Part shown: one piece after another, positions 13,970 to 26,220 of the stretch | Numbering within the stretch: position 1 is the first letter of the stretch | How the letters are laid out: every line of letters starts with the position of its first letter | Program-made: the position numbers and the translations under genes | Origin: Negaprion brevirostris | Lineage: Eukaryota | NCBI GenBank assembly: GCA_030324005.1 | Contig: JARDVH010000124.1 | Location: 19,597,165 to 19,661,164, forward strand | Direction of reading: 5' to 3' | DNA: 64,000 nucleotides | Notes under the pieces: model-generated | Databases searched by the model: none | The model's input: only the letters and a program-made list of their open reading frames with translations | What the model was told of the DNA's origin: nothing

Positions 13970-14283
13970 GAGCACATTAGTTATAGCATTGCTGCCTCAC
14001 AGTGCCACAGACCCGGGTTTGATTCCCAGCTTGAATCACTGTGCGGAATCTGCACATTCTCCCCATGTCTGCATGGCTTTCTTCCCAGTGCTCTGGTTTC
14101 CTCCCACAATCCAAAGATGGGCGGGTTAGGTGGATTGACCATGCTAAATTGCTCTTTAGTGTCAGGGATACTAGTTAGGGTAAATGCATGGGGTTACGGG
14201 AATAGGGCTTGGGTGGGATTGTGGCCAGTACAGACTCGATGGGCCAAATGGCCTCCCTCTGCACTGTAGAATTCTATGATTCT
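13970..14283 (+). mobile_element. HE1-like V-SINE
   Basis: 'gctgcctcacagtgccacagacccgggtttgattccc', V-like core, and tail 'gggccaaatggcctccctctgcactgtagaattctatgattct'. Confidence 0.9.
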
Positions 14284-14649
14284 TTGAAAGCAATCTTTGC
14301 TCGCAAACTGCACAGCCTGATGAAAACAAGTTTGACATTTTTTTAAGAGAACAAGCACTGTTGTTGTAGCACTTTGCTATTCATAAGTGAATGTTTGTGA
14401 ATTGCAGATAAGTGGACTTCTGAAAATTACTTGATGTCTCATGTTGCAAAAATTAGCGAGTGTGAAAATTAACCTACAGAAGAGAGTAACAGACAATAAT
14501 CTTTTAACAGTAATCTTACTGTTAAAAGATTAACAATTGATAATTTATTGCTTAGCTTATTTGCTCATAACATTTTATGTATTGACACCAGATATAGCTA
14601 CACAGTTGCAGAATTGGCTTGTATAGGTCAAGCAATCAAGTCTTAAAAG

Positions 14650-15606
14650 CGCATCAAGGTAGATAAATCCCCGGGACCTGATGAAATGTATTCCAAGATG
14701 TTGCGGGACGTTTGTGGGACACGGTTAATAAATTTGCAGATGACACCAAGATTGGTGGCATTGTAGACTGTGAAGTAGATTATCTAGGATTGCAACAGTG
14801 GGCCAATGAATGGCAGATAAAGTTTAATTTAGATAATTGTGAGGTGAAGCATTTTGATGGATCGAATTGAGGCAGGACCTAATCAGTTAATGGTAGGGCA
14901 TTGGGGAGAATTATAAAACAAAGAAATCTAGGAGTGCAGGTTCATAGCTCTTGAAAGTGGAGTCACAGGTGGACAGAGTGGTGAAGGTATTCGGCATGCT
15001 TGGTTTAGTTGGTCAGAACATTGAATACAGGAGTTGGGGTGTCTTGAAGCTGTATAAGACATTGGTAAGGTCACACTTGGAATACTGTGCACAGCTCTGG
15101 TCACCCTATTATAGAAGGGATATTATTAAACTAGAAAGTGTTCAGAAAAGATTTACTGGGATGCTATTGGGACTTGGTTTGAGTTTGAGGAGAGGCTGGA
15201 AAGACTGGGACTTCTTCCTTGGAGCTTAGAAGGCATAGGAGTGATCTTACAGAGATCTATAAAAGAATAAAGGGCGTAGATAAAGGTAGATAGTCAACAT
15301 CTTTTCCCAAATGTAGGGGAGTCTAAGATTAGAGGACATTGGTTTAAGACAAGAACGGAGAAATACAAAAGGGTCCAGAGGGGCAATTTTTTCACACAGA
15401 GGGTCTGGAATGAGTTGCCAGAGATCATAGTAGAGGCGGATACAATTTTGTCTTTTAAAAAGCATTTAGACAGTTACAAGGGTGAGATGGGTATAGAGGG
15501 ATATGGGCCAAATGTGAGCAATTGGAACTAGCTTAGTGGTAAAATCTGGGCAGCATGAACAATTTGGGCCGAAGGGCCTGTTTCCATGCTGTAATCCTCT
15601 ATGACT
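14650..15606 (+). mobile_element. CR1 (HER1-like) LINE, ORF2 3' part and tail, internally deleted
   Basis: 'aaatttgcagatgacaccaag' (KFADDTK); ORF 14951-15229 has LYKTLVRSHLEYCAQLWSPYYRRDIIKLESVQKRFT; tail 'gggccgaagggcctgtttccatgctgtaatcctctatgact'. Confidence 0.95.
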
Positions 15607-15924
15607 AAGTATGATGATAATATCATCAAATAGCATCAATGCTGCTATAGAGATTTATCAACCAACCATTCAGCAAATTTTCTAAGCTTTTTTGGCTTGA
15701 AGAAACAATTAGCTTCCTTTTTTCTGGTTTGTTCACATTTGGGCACTAATCTTAATATTCTGTTTTCAAGTTGAAGAATGTCACCATGACTGTTGTCTAT
15801 TTTTTCTATGTTTGAAACAGATACATGAGTATTAAATGCAAATATATACACAGAGACTATTAATCTCCTACACCATTATTCAGAGCAAGTCAGAGGAGGG
15901 GGTGGCTCCCTCAGTGTACCTGAA

Positions 15925-16015
15925 CAGGTGCTAGAGGGTGGCAACTAGGGAATTGTCATAGTAACTTCATTGCACTGTTAATGTAAGCCTATCTGCGACA
16001 CTAATAAATAAACTC
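15925..16015 (+). mobile_element. 3' tail of an HE1-related SINE variant
   Basis: 'gtaacttcattgcactgttaatgtaagccta...cactaataaa'. Reverse copies lie at ~32822-32890 and ~45004-45117. Confidence 0.7.
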
Positions 16016-16499
16016 TAATATGCTGTTCTGTTCAAGACTAAAATAGGGTTTGTCTCATTCTCAAATGTATTATGCTACTGCTAACGAGATCTGTGTAACT
16101 AGACCAATTCATTTAAGGTCACAAGGTCAGATTGGTGTGAATAGGCACATCTTGAGACCAATTATAAGATATTTACTTCATTAGGTCCTCTGATCATCTG
16201 GATGGCATCTCCTGTATCTGGGTTAGCTTCTCTCAAAACAGACAAGAAGTGACTCAGCTTACTTAAGCAAACTGCAATATAGAAATGAGCCTGTGCGGCA
16301 TCTGAAGTGTGCCACGCATGTTGAAAAATCATATGTGTATGCACAAACTTTCCTAGCATTGGTCATGGCAATTCAGATCGTAAGCTGTTTAGAAAGAAAG
16401 CAAAATTCCACAATGTAGTGTATAATTTTTTACTTTGCAGTGGGCGTTGTATACCCTTTTAAACCTGTAAGACTAAAATGTGGTTTGCACTTGAGTGCA

Positions 16500-16820
16500 T
16501 ACTGGGACAGTGGGAAGTCTCACACCAGGTTGACGTCTTAAAGGTACAGACAATGTGAGTGGAGAGAGGGCTCTCTTCTACTTGCATTGTCTCTACCTTT
16601 AAGACTTGATTACCTGTAAAGACTTGCATTCCAACCATTATCTTGTAAATTGAGTTTGTGTCTTTATATACCTGTTTGTGAATACAAGTCCTCACTCACC
16701 TGATGAAGGAGCTTGAGACTACGAAAGCTAGTGCTGCCAAATAAACCTGTTGGACTTTAAACTGGTATTGTGAGACTTCTTACTGTACTTACCTCAGTCC
16801 AACACCGGCATCACGACATT
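16500..16820 (+). mobile_element. Penelope-like element end (pseudo-LTR) with inverted 5' segment
   Basis: 'cactcacctgatgaaggagc...cgaaagctagtg...aataaacctgttggactttaa'; long inverted repeat 16535-16605; inverted terminal fragment 'aagtctcacaccaggtt' at ~16515. Confidence 0.75.
16697..16733 (+). ncRNA. Minimal type I hammerhead ribozyme motif (stem II decayed)
   Basis: CAC-CTGATGA-aggagcttgagactac-GAAAGCTA-GTG: both core boxes, stem I CAC/GTG, palindromic AGCT in place of stem III. Confidence 0.6.
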
Positions 16821-18992
16821 GTGCATACTGGGCACAGGGAATGTTCTCTGCACTGGAACAGGAGGTCCATGCCTCACCTAAAATTGGACCTCAGACCTCT
16901 CTTACATGAGATGAGCAATTTGCAGACACCAGTTGGCGGCATCTTCTGCAGCTCACTGCTGTAGAAAATTTCAATTTCGGGCTTCTTGAGCAATGGCCTT
17001 CAGATGAGTTCTGGGAGATGAGGAATGCAATTGGGAAGGAGGGGGCGATGAGGGGATGGAGGCAGTGTTCAGTCACGATAAATAGAGGTAGGGATCAGAA
17101 GAGGGAAAGGGACAGCAATTGACAGAGAAGGGGAAAATCAAGAGAGGATTGGGCCAGCAGATATTCAGAGAGAAATCCTACTCACACTTACTTGTAATCT
17201 TTTGGTGACAGCTGCCAGTCATCCCTTGAAGGGCCAAAGACAAACTTGCAGTTTAAAACATGTTTTACTGAATGCATCTGGGTGTTCAGGACAAACCAAT
17301 TTACTAAAGAGAGCATCAAACGTGTGTTGTGTCCCTTATCTGCAAAAGCTCAGAAAGTCAATTTCAAACATGGGTGTAAGATACCTCCTTTGTTACCTAT
17401 ATCAATATGGGGCAAATGGCACACTTCCAGCTCAGGAACATATCACCCACCATATTGGATGCTTTTCCACTCATTTCACATTTGTAAATACAGGCCTGCA
17501 TCATGAAATTTCTAGGTCACAAACTGTAGCAATTAAATCAAATCATATTAATCATCATTATTTCATAGCTTGATGTAACATGAAGATTGGAATGTGCCTG
17601 TCAATGCTAGGTATCCTGCATTTTAAAATGAATTTATATCTGTAGCAAATTGTAACATCTGGAATGTGACATGCTGCTTGAATTGTGCCTACTGTTATCA
17701 TCAGGATACTGTTTTGGAATTGGTATTGGATGTGACAGTGTGAAAAGCTGAATTAATAATACTGAGACGGTCATTATCCCAGGATGATCTAACTTCAAAA
17801 GTAATTGTCCAAAGACAATTCCTGCCATTTCACAGTCAGTGTTCATTGCTGAGGTCATTATTAAGATCAACAGGATAATTTCTTTGTAATGTTTTAATTT
17901 GTAAGAAAGAACAATTATGTTGACACTTACTTGGGCATGATGTTACTAACACATTATCAATCAGGTGCTATTTATAAAGCTCTGTGGATCTGCCAATCTA
18001 TAATTTGCTACAACCACACAGAAACCGCCAACTTTCTTTAATTATCCACAAACAATACAAGAAGAATGCATCCTCAACAATGATATTCCACCCTATAAAT
18101 CACACTTGATGTGCAGGAAACAAAATTGTAGATATAACAAAACTCCCAGAAGAGGGTGGTTCAGTTCACAAATCTCACGTGATCAAGAGCTATTGGCTCA
18201 AATAATCGGCTATGTTGAACCCTGTGATGATAAATATGATTTTGGAGTCTCCTAAACCAGAGGTAATAGCAGCATTAACTCCCTTGTTTTTTCCCCACTG
18301 ACACGTTTTGAGTGTTTGCACAGAGCACTGTTGGCATTAGACAGGATTCTATTATGTCAGGATCACTGGGCTATTTTAAGTAGAATCAAATGAGATTTGT
18401 AAAACAGCACTGTAACACTTCATTTCTGTTGTTGGCATTTGTCAAAACACATTAGATTAGGTTGAAATTCCTGCACCACTTTAGTGTGACAGCACCAATG
18501 AAAACCTTTGCCAGCAAGCCTACAGTGTGTATCTCTGCAAAATGTGAATAGTAGCCCTGCACAAGGAACTCTCATGTTCACTGGAGTCCTTGTTAGGGCT
18601 CGACCCACTACATCTGAGGGTATTAGGGAACCTCCTTTCTGTCTATGTGTAATACTTGTGCAAGGCATCAAGTTGCTGCAGTCTACCATAGGGCATGCTG
18701 ATTGCATATCCAGGAATCTCTTGGCCTGGTGGTACTATCTGTCCTTGGTACACATATAAAAGTCAGGTTCTGGGCCTTACTCTTTCCTCCAGCTTACTAA
18801 GTTTGAAGAAAAGCAATAGCACTGATTTCCAAGACATGAAGCACTTGAACAGTCTGTTCCCCCAAGACCAGTCCGAGTATTGAGGCAGCATCTCATGTAA
18901 GTGGCAGTGAGACCATGAAAAGGGCCCATTACCCTCTCATCTGGCGTTCATGTATGGAAGCCAATGTTTTTATTTTTGCAAATTAACTGAAG

Positions 18993-19080
18993 AATAGAAT
19001 CCCTACAGCGCAGAAGGAGATCATTTGGCCCATTCATTCTGCACTAACTCTCTGAAAGAACATCTCACCAAGGCCCATCC
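18993..19080 (-). mobile_element. HE1-like SINE tail fragment
   Basis: 'atagaatccctacagcgcagaaggagatcatttggccc'. Confidence 0.75.
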
Positions 19081-19109
19081 TGTTTGTAAAGTAGTCGCTT
19101 CAAGAAAAT

Positions 19110-19738
19110 AATTATGGTGCTCTTGACCATCAATGGCATTATTATCAGTGAATCCCCAACAGCCTGGGGTATACTGTTGACCAGAAATTCAACTGAACTA
19201 GCTATTTAAATACAGAGCAGGTCAAAGGCTAGGAATTCTGCATCAAGTAACTCATCTCCTGATCCCCCCCAAAGCCTGTCCACAAGTCAGGAGTGTGATG
19301 GAATACTCTCCACTTGCCTGGGTGAGTGCAACTTCAACAACACTCAAGCAGCTTGATAATGCAGGACAAAGCAGCCCACTTGATTGGCACCCCTCCCAAA
19401 AACATTCACCAGTGACAAACAGTCATGTGTACCATCTACAAGATGCAAAACAGCAACTCACTAGGATATAAAACCCCCAACCACTACCAACCAGAAAGGA
19501 AAGAGCAGCAGATAAAGACGCTCACCANNNNNNNNNNTCCTGACTTGGAAGTATATTGTCTTCACTGTCACTGGCTTAAAATCCTGGAATTTCCTGACTA
19601 ACTGCACTGTGGGTATACCTACTCCTCAGGAATTGCAGCGGTTCAAGAAGGCAGCTAACCGTCAACTTCTGAAGGGAATGAGGGATGGGCAGTAAATGCT
19701 TATATAGCCAGTGACACCTAATCACATAAATGAATAAC
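19110..19738 (+). mobile_element. CR1/L2-superfamily LINE 3' part
   Basis: 'caagtcaggagtgtgatggaatactctccacttgcctgg' (QVRSVMEYSPLAW); tail 'agggatgggcagtaaatgct', also shared with the Meta-type SINEs. Confidence 0.85.
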
Positions 19739-19949
19739 AAAGTGTTGAGCTAGCTGGAGCAGGCTGCCAAAGAACAGCTGGGTTGCCACAGATTGCAGCT
19801 AATGTTGTATTTTTATCCTTGCTTAATACAAACATGCCAATCTCACATTGGACTGGTAAATTAAATGTAGGTCCAGTTTATTGGAAAAAGATTGCTCAGC
19901 ATGCAGATTTACAGTAAAGATGCAATAACTAATGCTAACAGGGATGCAT

Positions 19950-20375
19950 GTGGAGAGACAATGGCATAGTGTGGGGAGATGGTAACATAGTAGTAATGCA
20001 GCTGGATTGGTAATTCAGAAGCCCAGGTTAATGTTCTGATGAGATGAGTCTAAATCCCACCATAACAGCTGATGGAATTTGAATTCAGTTAATAAATTTG
20101 GAAAACAAACTTGGTTCCAGTAATGGTGACCATGAAATTATCAATGGTTGTAAAAACTTTTGGGGAACTTTTGCCATTTTTATCTGATCTGTCCTTCATG
20201 TGACGCCAGATACAAGCAACACGGTTGCATTACCTAACATCATGGCACAATGGATTGTGGAGCATGATCAACCTCCCTCTGAAAGTGCCCAACAAGCCAC
20301 TCAATTCAAGGGCAATTAGGGATGAACAACAAATGCTGGTCTTTCCAATGATGCACACATCCTATGAAAGAAAGA
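19950..20375 (+). mobile_element. tRNA-derived SINE, MetaSINE-like
   Basis: Similar to 22962-23326; tail 'gggcaattagggatgaacaacaaatgctgg'. Confidence 0.75.
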
Positions 20376-20699
20376 AATCCTTCATACCACATGCTGCTAG
20401 CTAAACTGAAAGCTCCTCTGAACAATATCTTCTGGTCACATAGTTTATACCCTGGCTCCTTATCATTAACATATCCTCTCTTTCAACAGTATCACAACAA
20501 TGGTTGCCAGCTTCAGCATCTGAGCTATAATTATTATAGGGGCAGTAGTCTTAGGCCTCCCAAGTTGAAGGTACTTGGGACCATCATGTAGAAGAACTTG
20601 AGTAGGGAGAAGAGCACTTAAAACGGGATTGCAATGGGCTGATCAGTACCTTTTAGCTTATCAGAGTTTAAGTCATAAATAGTTGACAACCAGGCAATA

Positions 20700-21200
20700 T
20701 GCTTTGACAGACTGTTTTATGCTTGAGATTGGATTGAGAACAGCCTTCATGACAGTGGAAGAAATGAGACTGACGTTGGATGTAGGAAAGTCTCCAGCTG
20801 ATGCAATCCTCAATTAGATGCTGTCAAATATCTCTTACAATCAGCAGGATGGTTAGGCTTTGCACTACTTCATCTTCTGCGTTTTACTGACACTCAAGCT
20901 GCCGTATCCTCACTTCTTCATCCTCACTGATGTGATGGGTTGACCCCATGGCACAGCAGGTTGTGGCATATGCAGCAGACTGTGACAGTCTAGAGTCCAA
21001 GTGGGGACAAATTGCAAAACATCTCTAGTTGACACAAATTGAACTTCATTTCTGCATCAATAAGAGGTAACCTCTGACCCAATAGTCTGGAGAGAGAGCA
21101 GGGTTGTTGCGTCTGCAATTAGAAGTGGCATCTTGGCAGTTAGTGGGGAACTGATGTATGACGCATGTCATCACACAGCAGTTGATTAAGTGCTATCCCT
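20700..21200 (-). mobile_element. Decayed PIF/Harbinger transposase remnant
   Basis: Minus strand 20954-20986 reads VTVCCICHNLL, like the C-terminal 'xxACCxLHN' motif of Harbinger/HARBI1 transposases, followed by an acidic EDEE stretch. No long ORF; boundaries uncertain. Confidence 0.45.
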
Positions 21201-22209
21201 TCCTATCCATGACTCCAGTTGGAGCATGCTAAGTTTTATTTGTACAGTTATGATGTCCTGCACTGCTGAGAAGCTTGTAAGTTTTTCAAGCTCATATCCC
21301 TGTCTTCTGGATTTGTAGTGGCCGTGGGGAAGGATACAGAGCTATTGGATTTCGACACCTGGCAAATATAGATGATCAACTGATGTCACCAGCTGCATCT
21401 TGAAATAATTACAAAGCACGTAAGTTCAAGACTAAACAGTGACCTTAACAACACTGGCAAAGACATACCCAGCCCTGTGTTGACCTGTAGCTGGTACTGC
21501 ACAGGAGGTCAGAGTTTGGTTACAGAAATCCTGGTGAATCCTAGATTCCTCAGCGAGCAGCAGGTATGAAGTTTTGGATCCATACAACCAAAAAAAGCCC
21601 TCCACCTGTCTCTTCTCTCTGAAGCTCCCTAGGCTCAAGCCTGCTCTGCCATTTTGTCCTGCCATAGAGGCAATCCAAGTGACAGAACCATTGGGACTAA
21701 ACAGCCATTTACCAGAGCCTTCTACCAAAAATACACTGCTAACTCATCAAATTGCACTCAAATCATTGCTGTCAGAGCCAGCCATCTAAATCGCAAATTT
21801 CAAATGAAAATCACTGGCAATGTGACACAACAACTCATGATTTACTTGACAGAAGTTGATGATCTGCCTAAATATCACCAGAATTAGGCTGTTGCAGGCA
21901 GTATTTGTAACTGATTTAGAATGTTGAATATGATGCCAGAGGAATTGAAAACAGCACTTCTATTCATAAATAAACAGAGGCCCCTAATTAACATGTTTTT
22001 AAAAAAACTCTTCATATGGGTGGGTGGCTAAAAGAAGCCCTGAACCTGAACGGTTGTTAGGTAAATTGCATGCAAGATTGTGACCTGATGATCAGTGTGT
22101 TAGCACTCATTTTTAGGAGGTAGAACAAGTGTTTCTAAGTTGAAAACCTTCCAACAGTTGTTAGAACACCTTACTACACAAAATACAGATTTCCTCAAGA
22201 GACACCCAT

Positions 22210-22503
22210 TTAGAATTATAGAATCCTTACAGTGCTGAAGAGGCCATTCAGCCCATCAATTCTGCACTGACTCACTGACAGAGTATCTTATCCGGGCCCT
22301 CTCCTCCCCCAATCACCAAAACCCCATACATTTCCAATGGCCAATCCTGCACATCTTTGGACTGTGGGAGGAAACCAGAGCACCCAGAGGAAACCCATGC
22401 AGAGATGGGGAGAATGCGCAAACTCCATACAGACAGTCCCCCAAGGCTGGAATTGAACCCAGTGTCTGGAATAGTGCTAACTGCTGTGCCACCATGCAGC
22501 CCA
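22210..22503 (-). mobile_element. HE1-like V-SINE
   Basis: 'cctgcacatctttggactgtgggaggaaaccagagcacccagaggaaacccatgcaga'. Confidence 0.9.
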
Positions 22504-22552
22504 TTTGGAGAAGGATGTGCAAACTTATGTTTGATAAGGTAAAACTACACAG

Positions 22553-22900
22553 AATAAAGCAAAATCCTGTAAATGCTGGGAATTTGAAATAAAAACAGAA
22601 AATGCTGGAAATACTTAGCCGGTCAGGCAACATCCACAGAGTGAGAAATCAAGCTGACAGGCAGGGTTTTCTGCTCNNNNNNNNNNNNNNNNNNNNNNNN
22701 NNNNNNNNNNNNNNNNNNNNNNNNNNNNNNNNNNNNNNNNNNNNNNNNNNNNNNNNNNNNNNNNNNNNNNNNNNNNNNNNNNNNNNNNNNNNNNNNNNNN
22801 NNNNNNNNNNNNGAAATCCTGACCAATGCTTCCAATTGATGACCTTTTGTCAGAAATAGAAAATGTTCAGGGTTGAGAGGGATGATCGAGCAAGGCAAAA
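22553..22900 (-). mobile_element. Second Penelope-like family terminus (spans a gap)
   Basis: 'aaaacagaaaatgctggaaatacttagccggtcaggcaacatc', related to 30680-30800 and 41315-41432. Decayed hammerhead-like 'ctgacaaaaggtcatc' on the minus strand near 22850. Confidence 0.55.
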
Positions 22901-22961
22901 GCCAATTATTAAGCTCTTTTACCTTGCAACATTATCTATTTTTATCATTTTGTCTTTTAAT

Positions 22962-23326
22962 GGGGAGGCGATGGTCCAGTGGTATTATCATTAGATTATT
23001 TATTAATCCAGAAACTTAGATAATGTTCTGGGGACCTGGGTTTGAATCCCACCATGGCAGATGGTGGAATTTGAATTCAATAAAAAACATCTGGAATTAA
23101 GGATCTGCTGATGACCACGAAACCACTGTTGATTGTTGCAAAAACCCAACTGGTCCACTAATGTCCTTTAGGGAAGGAAATCTGCTGTCCTTAAATGGTC
23201 TGGTCTATATGTGACTCCAGAGCCACTGTAATGTGGTTGACTCTCAACTGCTCTCGAGCACCTAGGGATGGGCAAGAAATGCTGACCAGCAAGCGATGCC
23301 AATGTCCCATGAATGAGTAAAAAAAA
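22962..23326 (+). mobile_element. tRNA-derived SINE, MetaSINE-like, near full length
   Basis: A box 'tggtccagtggta', B box 'gggtttgaatccc', central 'cactaatgtcctttagggaaggaaatctgctgtcctt...gtgactccagagccac', LINE-derived tail and A-run. Confidence 0.85.
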
Positions 23327-23826
23327 GTGTCCTGCCTTTTTCCCTATCTCAAGCCTATTTTTGTTCTTTCCTTTCCTCCCCTCTTTGTCTGATTCTGTAC
23401 TTGCTTAATATGTCTAATTTTTCCAGTTCTAAATCATTTACCCAAAATACTGAATTTTGGTGAGACTGGAGGTGAAATTTTGACAGCTTACTGCACAACA
23501 CTGCACTATCCCCATACAATCATGGAGGAGTCAAACTGATGGCATATGGGTACTGTTCTGATACCAAATGGGTTTCTGATCTGGCACATGGAGTTCATGA
23601 AGTCATGTTAGCCTCCCAGTGGCAGGGTGGATAGATATTGGAACCAGAGACCTCAATCTATTTGGAAGCCTTGAAAATTAGCTGCAACAGTGCCTCTTAC
23701 TGTTGGGGACTTTAAATCTGAGGGCCCAAACACTTCTGGTCTTCTTATTTACCTGACTTGTAGCTAGCAACTAGGAATTCCCTATGTACTGCAGCAGCTC
23801 CCATCTCTGACAGTGGGGCTGTCGAT

Positions 23827-24470
23827 CTTTTTTTTTGTTTCATTTATGGAAGGTGAGCATTGCTGGTAAGGCCCTTGATGAAATGAAGGTCAGTTGCCTT
23901 CAAGAACCGCTGTAGTCAATGTGGTGTAGGTACATCCACAATGTTGTTCAGGGGTGAGTTTCAAGATTTTGACCAATGAAGCTGTGGTGATATATCTCCA
24001 AGTCACATCTGTGAGAGATTTGGAAAAAAACTTGCAGATGGTGGTGTCCCTAGATCTGCTGCCCTTATTCTTCTAGGCAGTAAAGGTTGCATGTTTGGAA
24101 GGTGCTGTTGAAGGACGCTTGGCAATTTTCTGTGTGGCACCTTGTAGATGGTATGCACTGCAGTCACCGTGTGCCAGTGGTGGAGGGATTGAATTGTTAA
24201 GGTGGTGAACAGATGCCAGTCAAGCAGGCTTCCTGTCAGGGACGCTGTCAAGCTTCTCAAGTGTTGTTGGACTTGTGCTCACTCAGGCGAGTGGAGATTA
24301 TTTCATCACTCTCCTGATGTATGCCTCGTAAATGATGAACAGCTTTGAAAAGTCAGGAGATGAGATACTTAACAGGGAATTTCTATGTTCTGATCTGCAA
24401 TTTTAGTACAATATTTATATGGCTAGTCCAGTTAACTTTCTGATCACTGGTGACTCTCAGGATGATGTGA
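23827..24470 (-). mobile_element. CR1/L2-superfamily LINE 3' part
   Basis: Reverse of the 19110 family, beginning with a T-run tail. Confidence 0.85.
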
Positions 24471-26024
24471 TAATATGGTTGAACACATTTCCTTTTGACG
24501 GAAGGATCGGGACCCCAAATTAAAATTCAGTCAATCAACTCTCTTTCTCTCTCTGCAGATGCTTTTTAAAGACAGTCAAATCTAATGACATAGTTTTATT
24601 AAACGCTGCATTGAATTCAGTAAATTATATGCAGATGAATGTTTCATTGCCTTATATCGACCCCACTATTGATTGCATACTCAGGGGTGTATTAACAAAG
24701 AGTATGAATTACATTCTGATGTGAGGATGTCAGAATACCAAATTGACTACTACTAAACCAAATGATGTGCATCTTTGTTAAATAAAGACGTTTCTACGAC
24801 AATTTGTAAGAAACGTTTCAGAAAGGTCATAACTCATTCTTATTCCACTATTATTATGCAGCCGACCTACTTGGAAATAGAGTCGGCAGCCATCATTCCT
24901 TAAGTCCAAAACAAAACTTCCAAACATCACAGAATATCCTCTTCTTGCGAAGAGAATACTGGAGTAAGATCTATAAAAGTGGTTTGATTTTAATTTAGCT
25001 TTCTGAAAGATAATCCAATATTAGTTCTGTGATAAACTTTACAGTTTGTCTAATCACAATGCTAGCAATTCACACCCCTGAATGAAGTGCTAGAATTCTC
25101 ACAAGATTAAGGCATTTTTTTCTAATGCAGAGTAATGCTTCTCTCACGCTGAAGGATGCAAACACGTCAAAATGAAGAACAAGGGTGTTGGTTTATTTTT
25201 GGTTTGACTCACTGGCTGGTTTAAAACACCCTTGGATTCCCTTCTTTTAAAATATCTCTATATTGTTAGAGATTGCATGGAATCTCAAGTTATAAAATCA
25301 ATGACATTTCAGAATGGCATTAAAAATATGTGAAATTTTATCAGTGCCACATCACGTACAAGATATCTTTGTCTTTTATTTCCAATGAGAGGAAACAGAC
25401 ACCTTGAAACATTCACCGTGGTTAGCAGGAAAGTTCAAGCTCAACATGTAGCTTTCTTTGCTTCAGCTATGACAGCAGTAGGTACACGCAGCCTGAAATA
25501 AGGGAAGATCACTCACAAAATTGATGCTGGTAGGGCTACTGGATGTGCTGAAAGATGGTTACTGTTAAGTCATGGAATTACTCCTCATTTTTTCATCATG
25601 GAAAGGATTTTGCAATTGAGTTATGCTTGAAAGTTTGTTTCAAGACAAAATAATTTTGTTCAGGTTTAAGGTGTGTGCAACAAAGCCAGATAGATCACTC
25701 TGTGGAATTCAGTACTGATACAACAAGAGGTAATTTTCTCAATCCAGGCCCATATGCATGGATGGTCCCATTCATTTTGTGTACAGTTGGAAATGGTTCC
25801 TTCAATTTGTACAAAAGTATAGTCGGGTTGTAGGGGTGGGTGAGGTGCAAGGGGATTATGGGGAGGGGGAGGGTAATGGGGAACAGGTGTTGTGTCTTGG
25901 ATTATCAACAGGCCAATTAGCAAATCACTTCAGAAGTCAGGATCTTAATCCTCTCCCCAGCTGGAAAAAGCAGCAACAGACAATTTTTTGAGTGACAGAC
26001 TGAGGAACAATCATATGCAAAGTT

Positions 26025-26220
26025 GAACATCAGGTTAAAGTCCAACAGGTTTATTTGGTAGCATGAACTTTCGGAGCGCTGCTCCTTCATCTGGTGAGTC
26101 CTGATAAAACAGCAGTGCTCCGAAAGCTCGTGCTAACAAATAAACCTGTTGGTCTGTAACCTGGTGTAGTAAGATTTCTTACTGTGCCGACCCCAGTCCA
26201 ACGCCGGCATCTCCACACCT
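26025..26220. mobile_element. Penelope-like inverted pseudo-LTR pair with two hammerhead motifs
   Basis: Minus arm 26025-26099 and plus arm 26100-26220 share 'aaataaacctgttgg.ct.taacctg'. Stem II GGAGC/GCTCC is intact in the minus arm. Confidence 0.75.
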
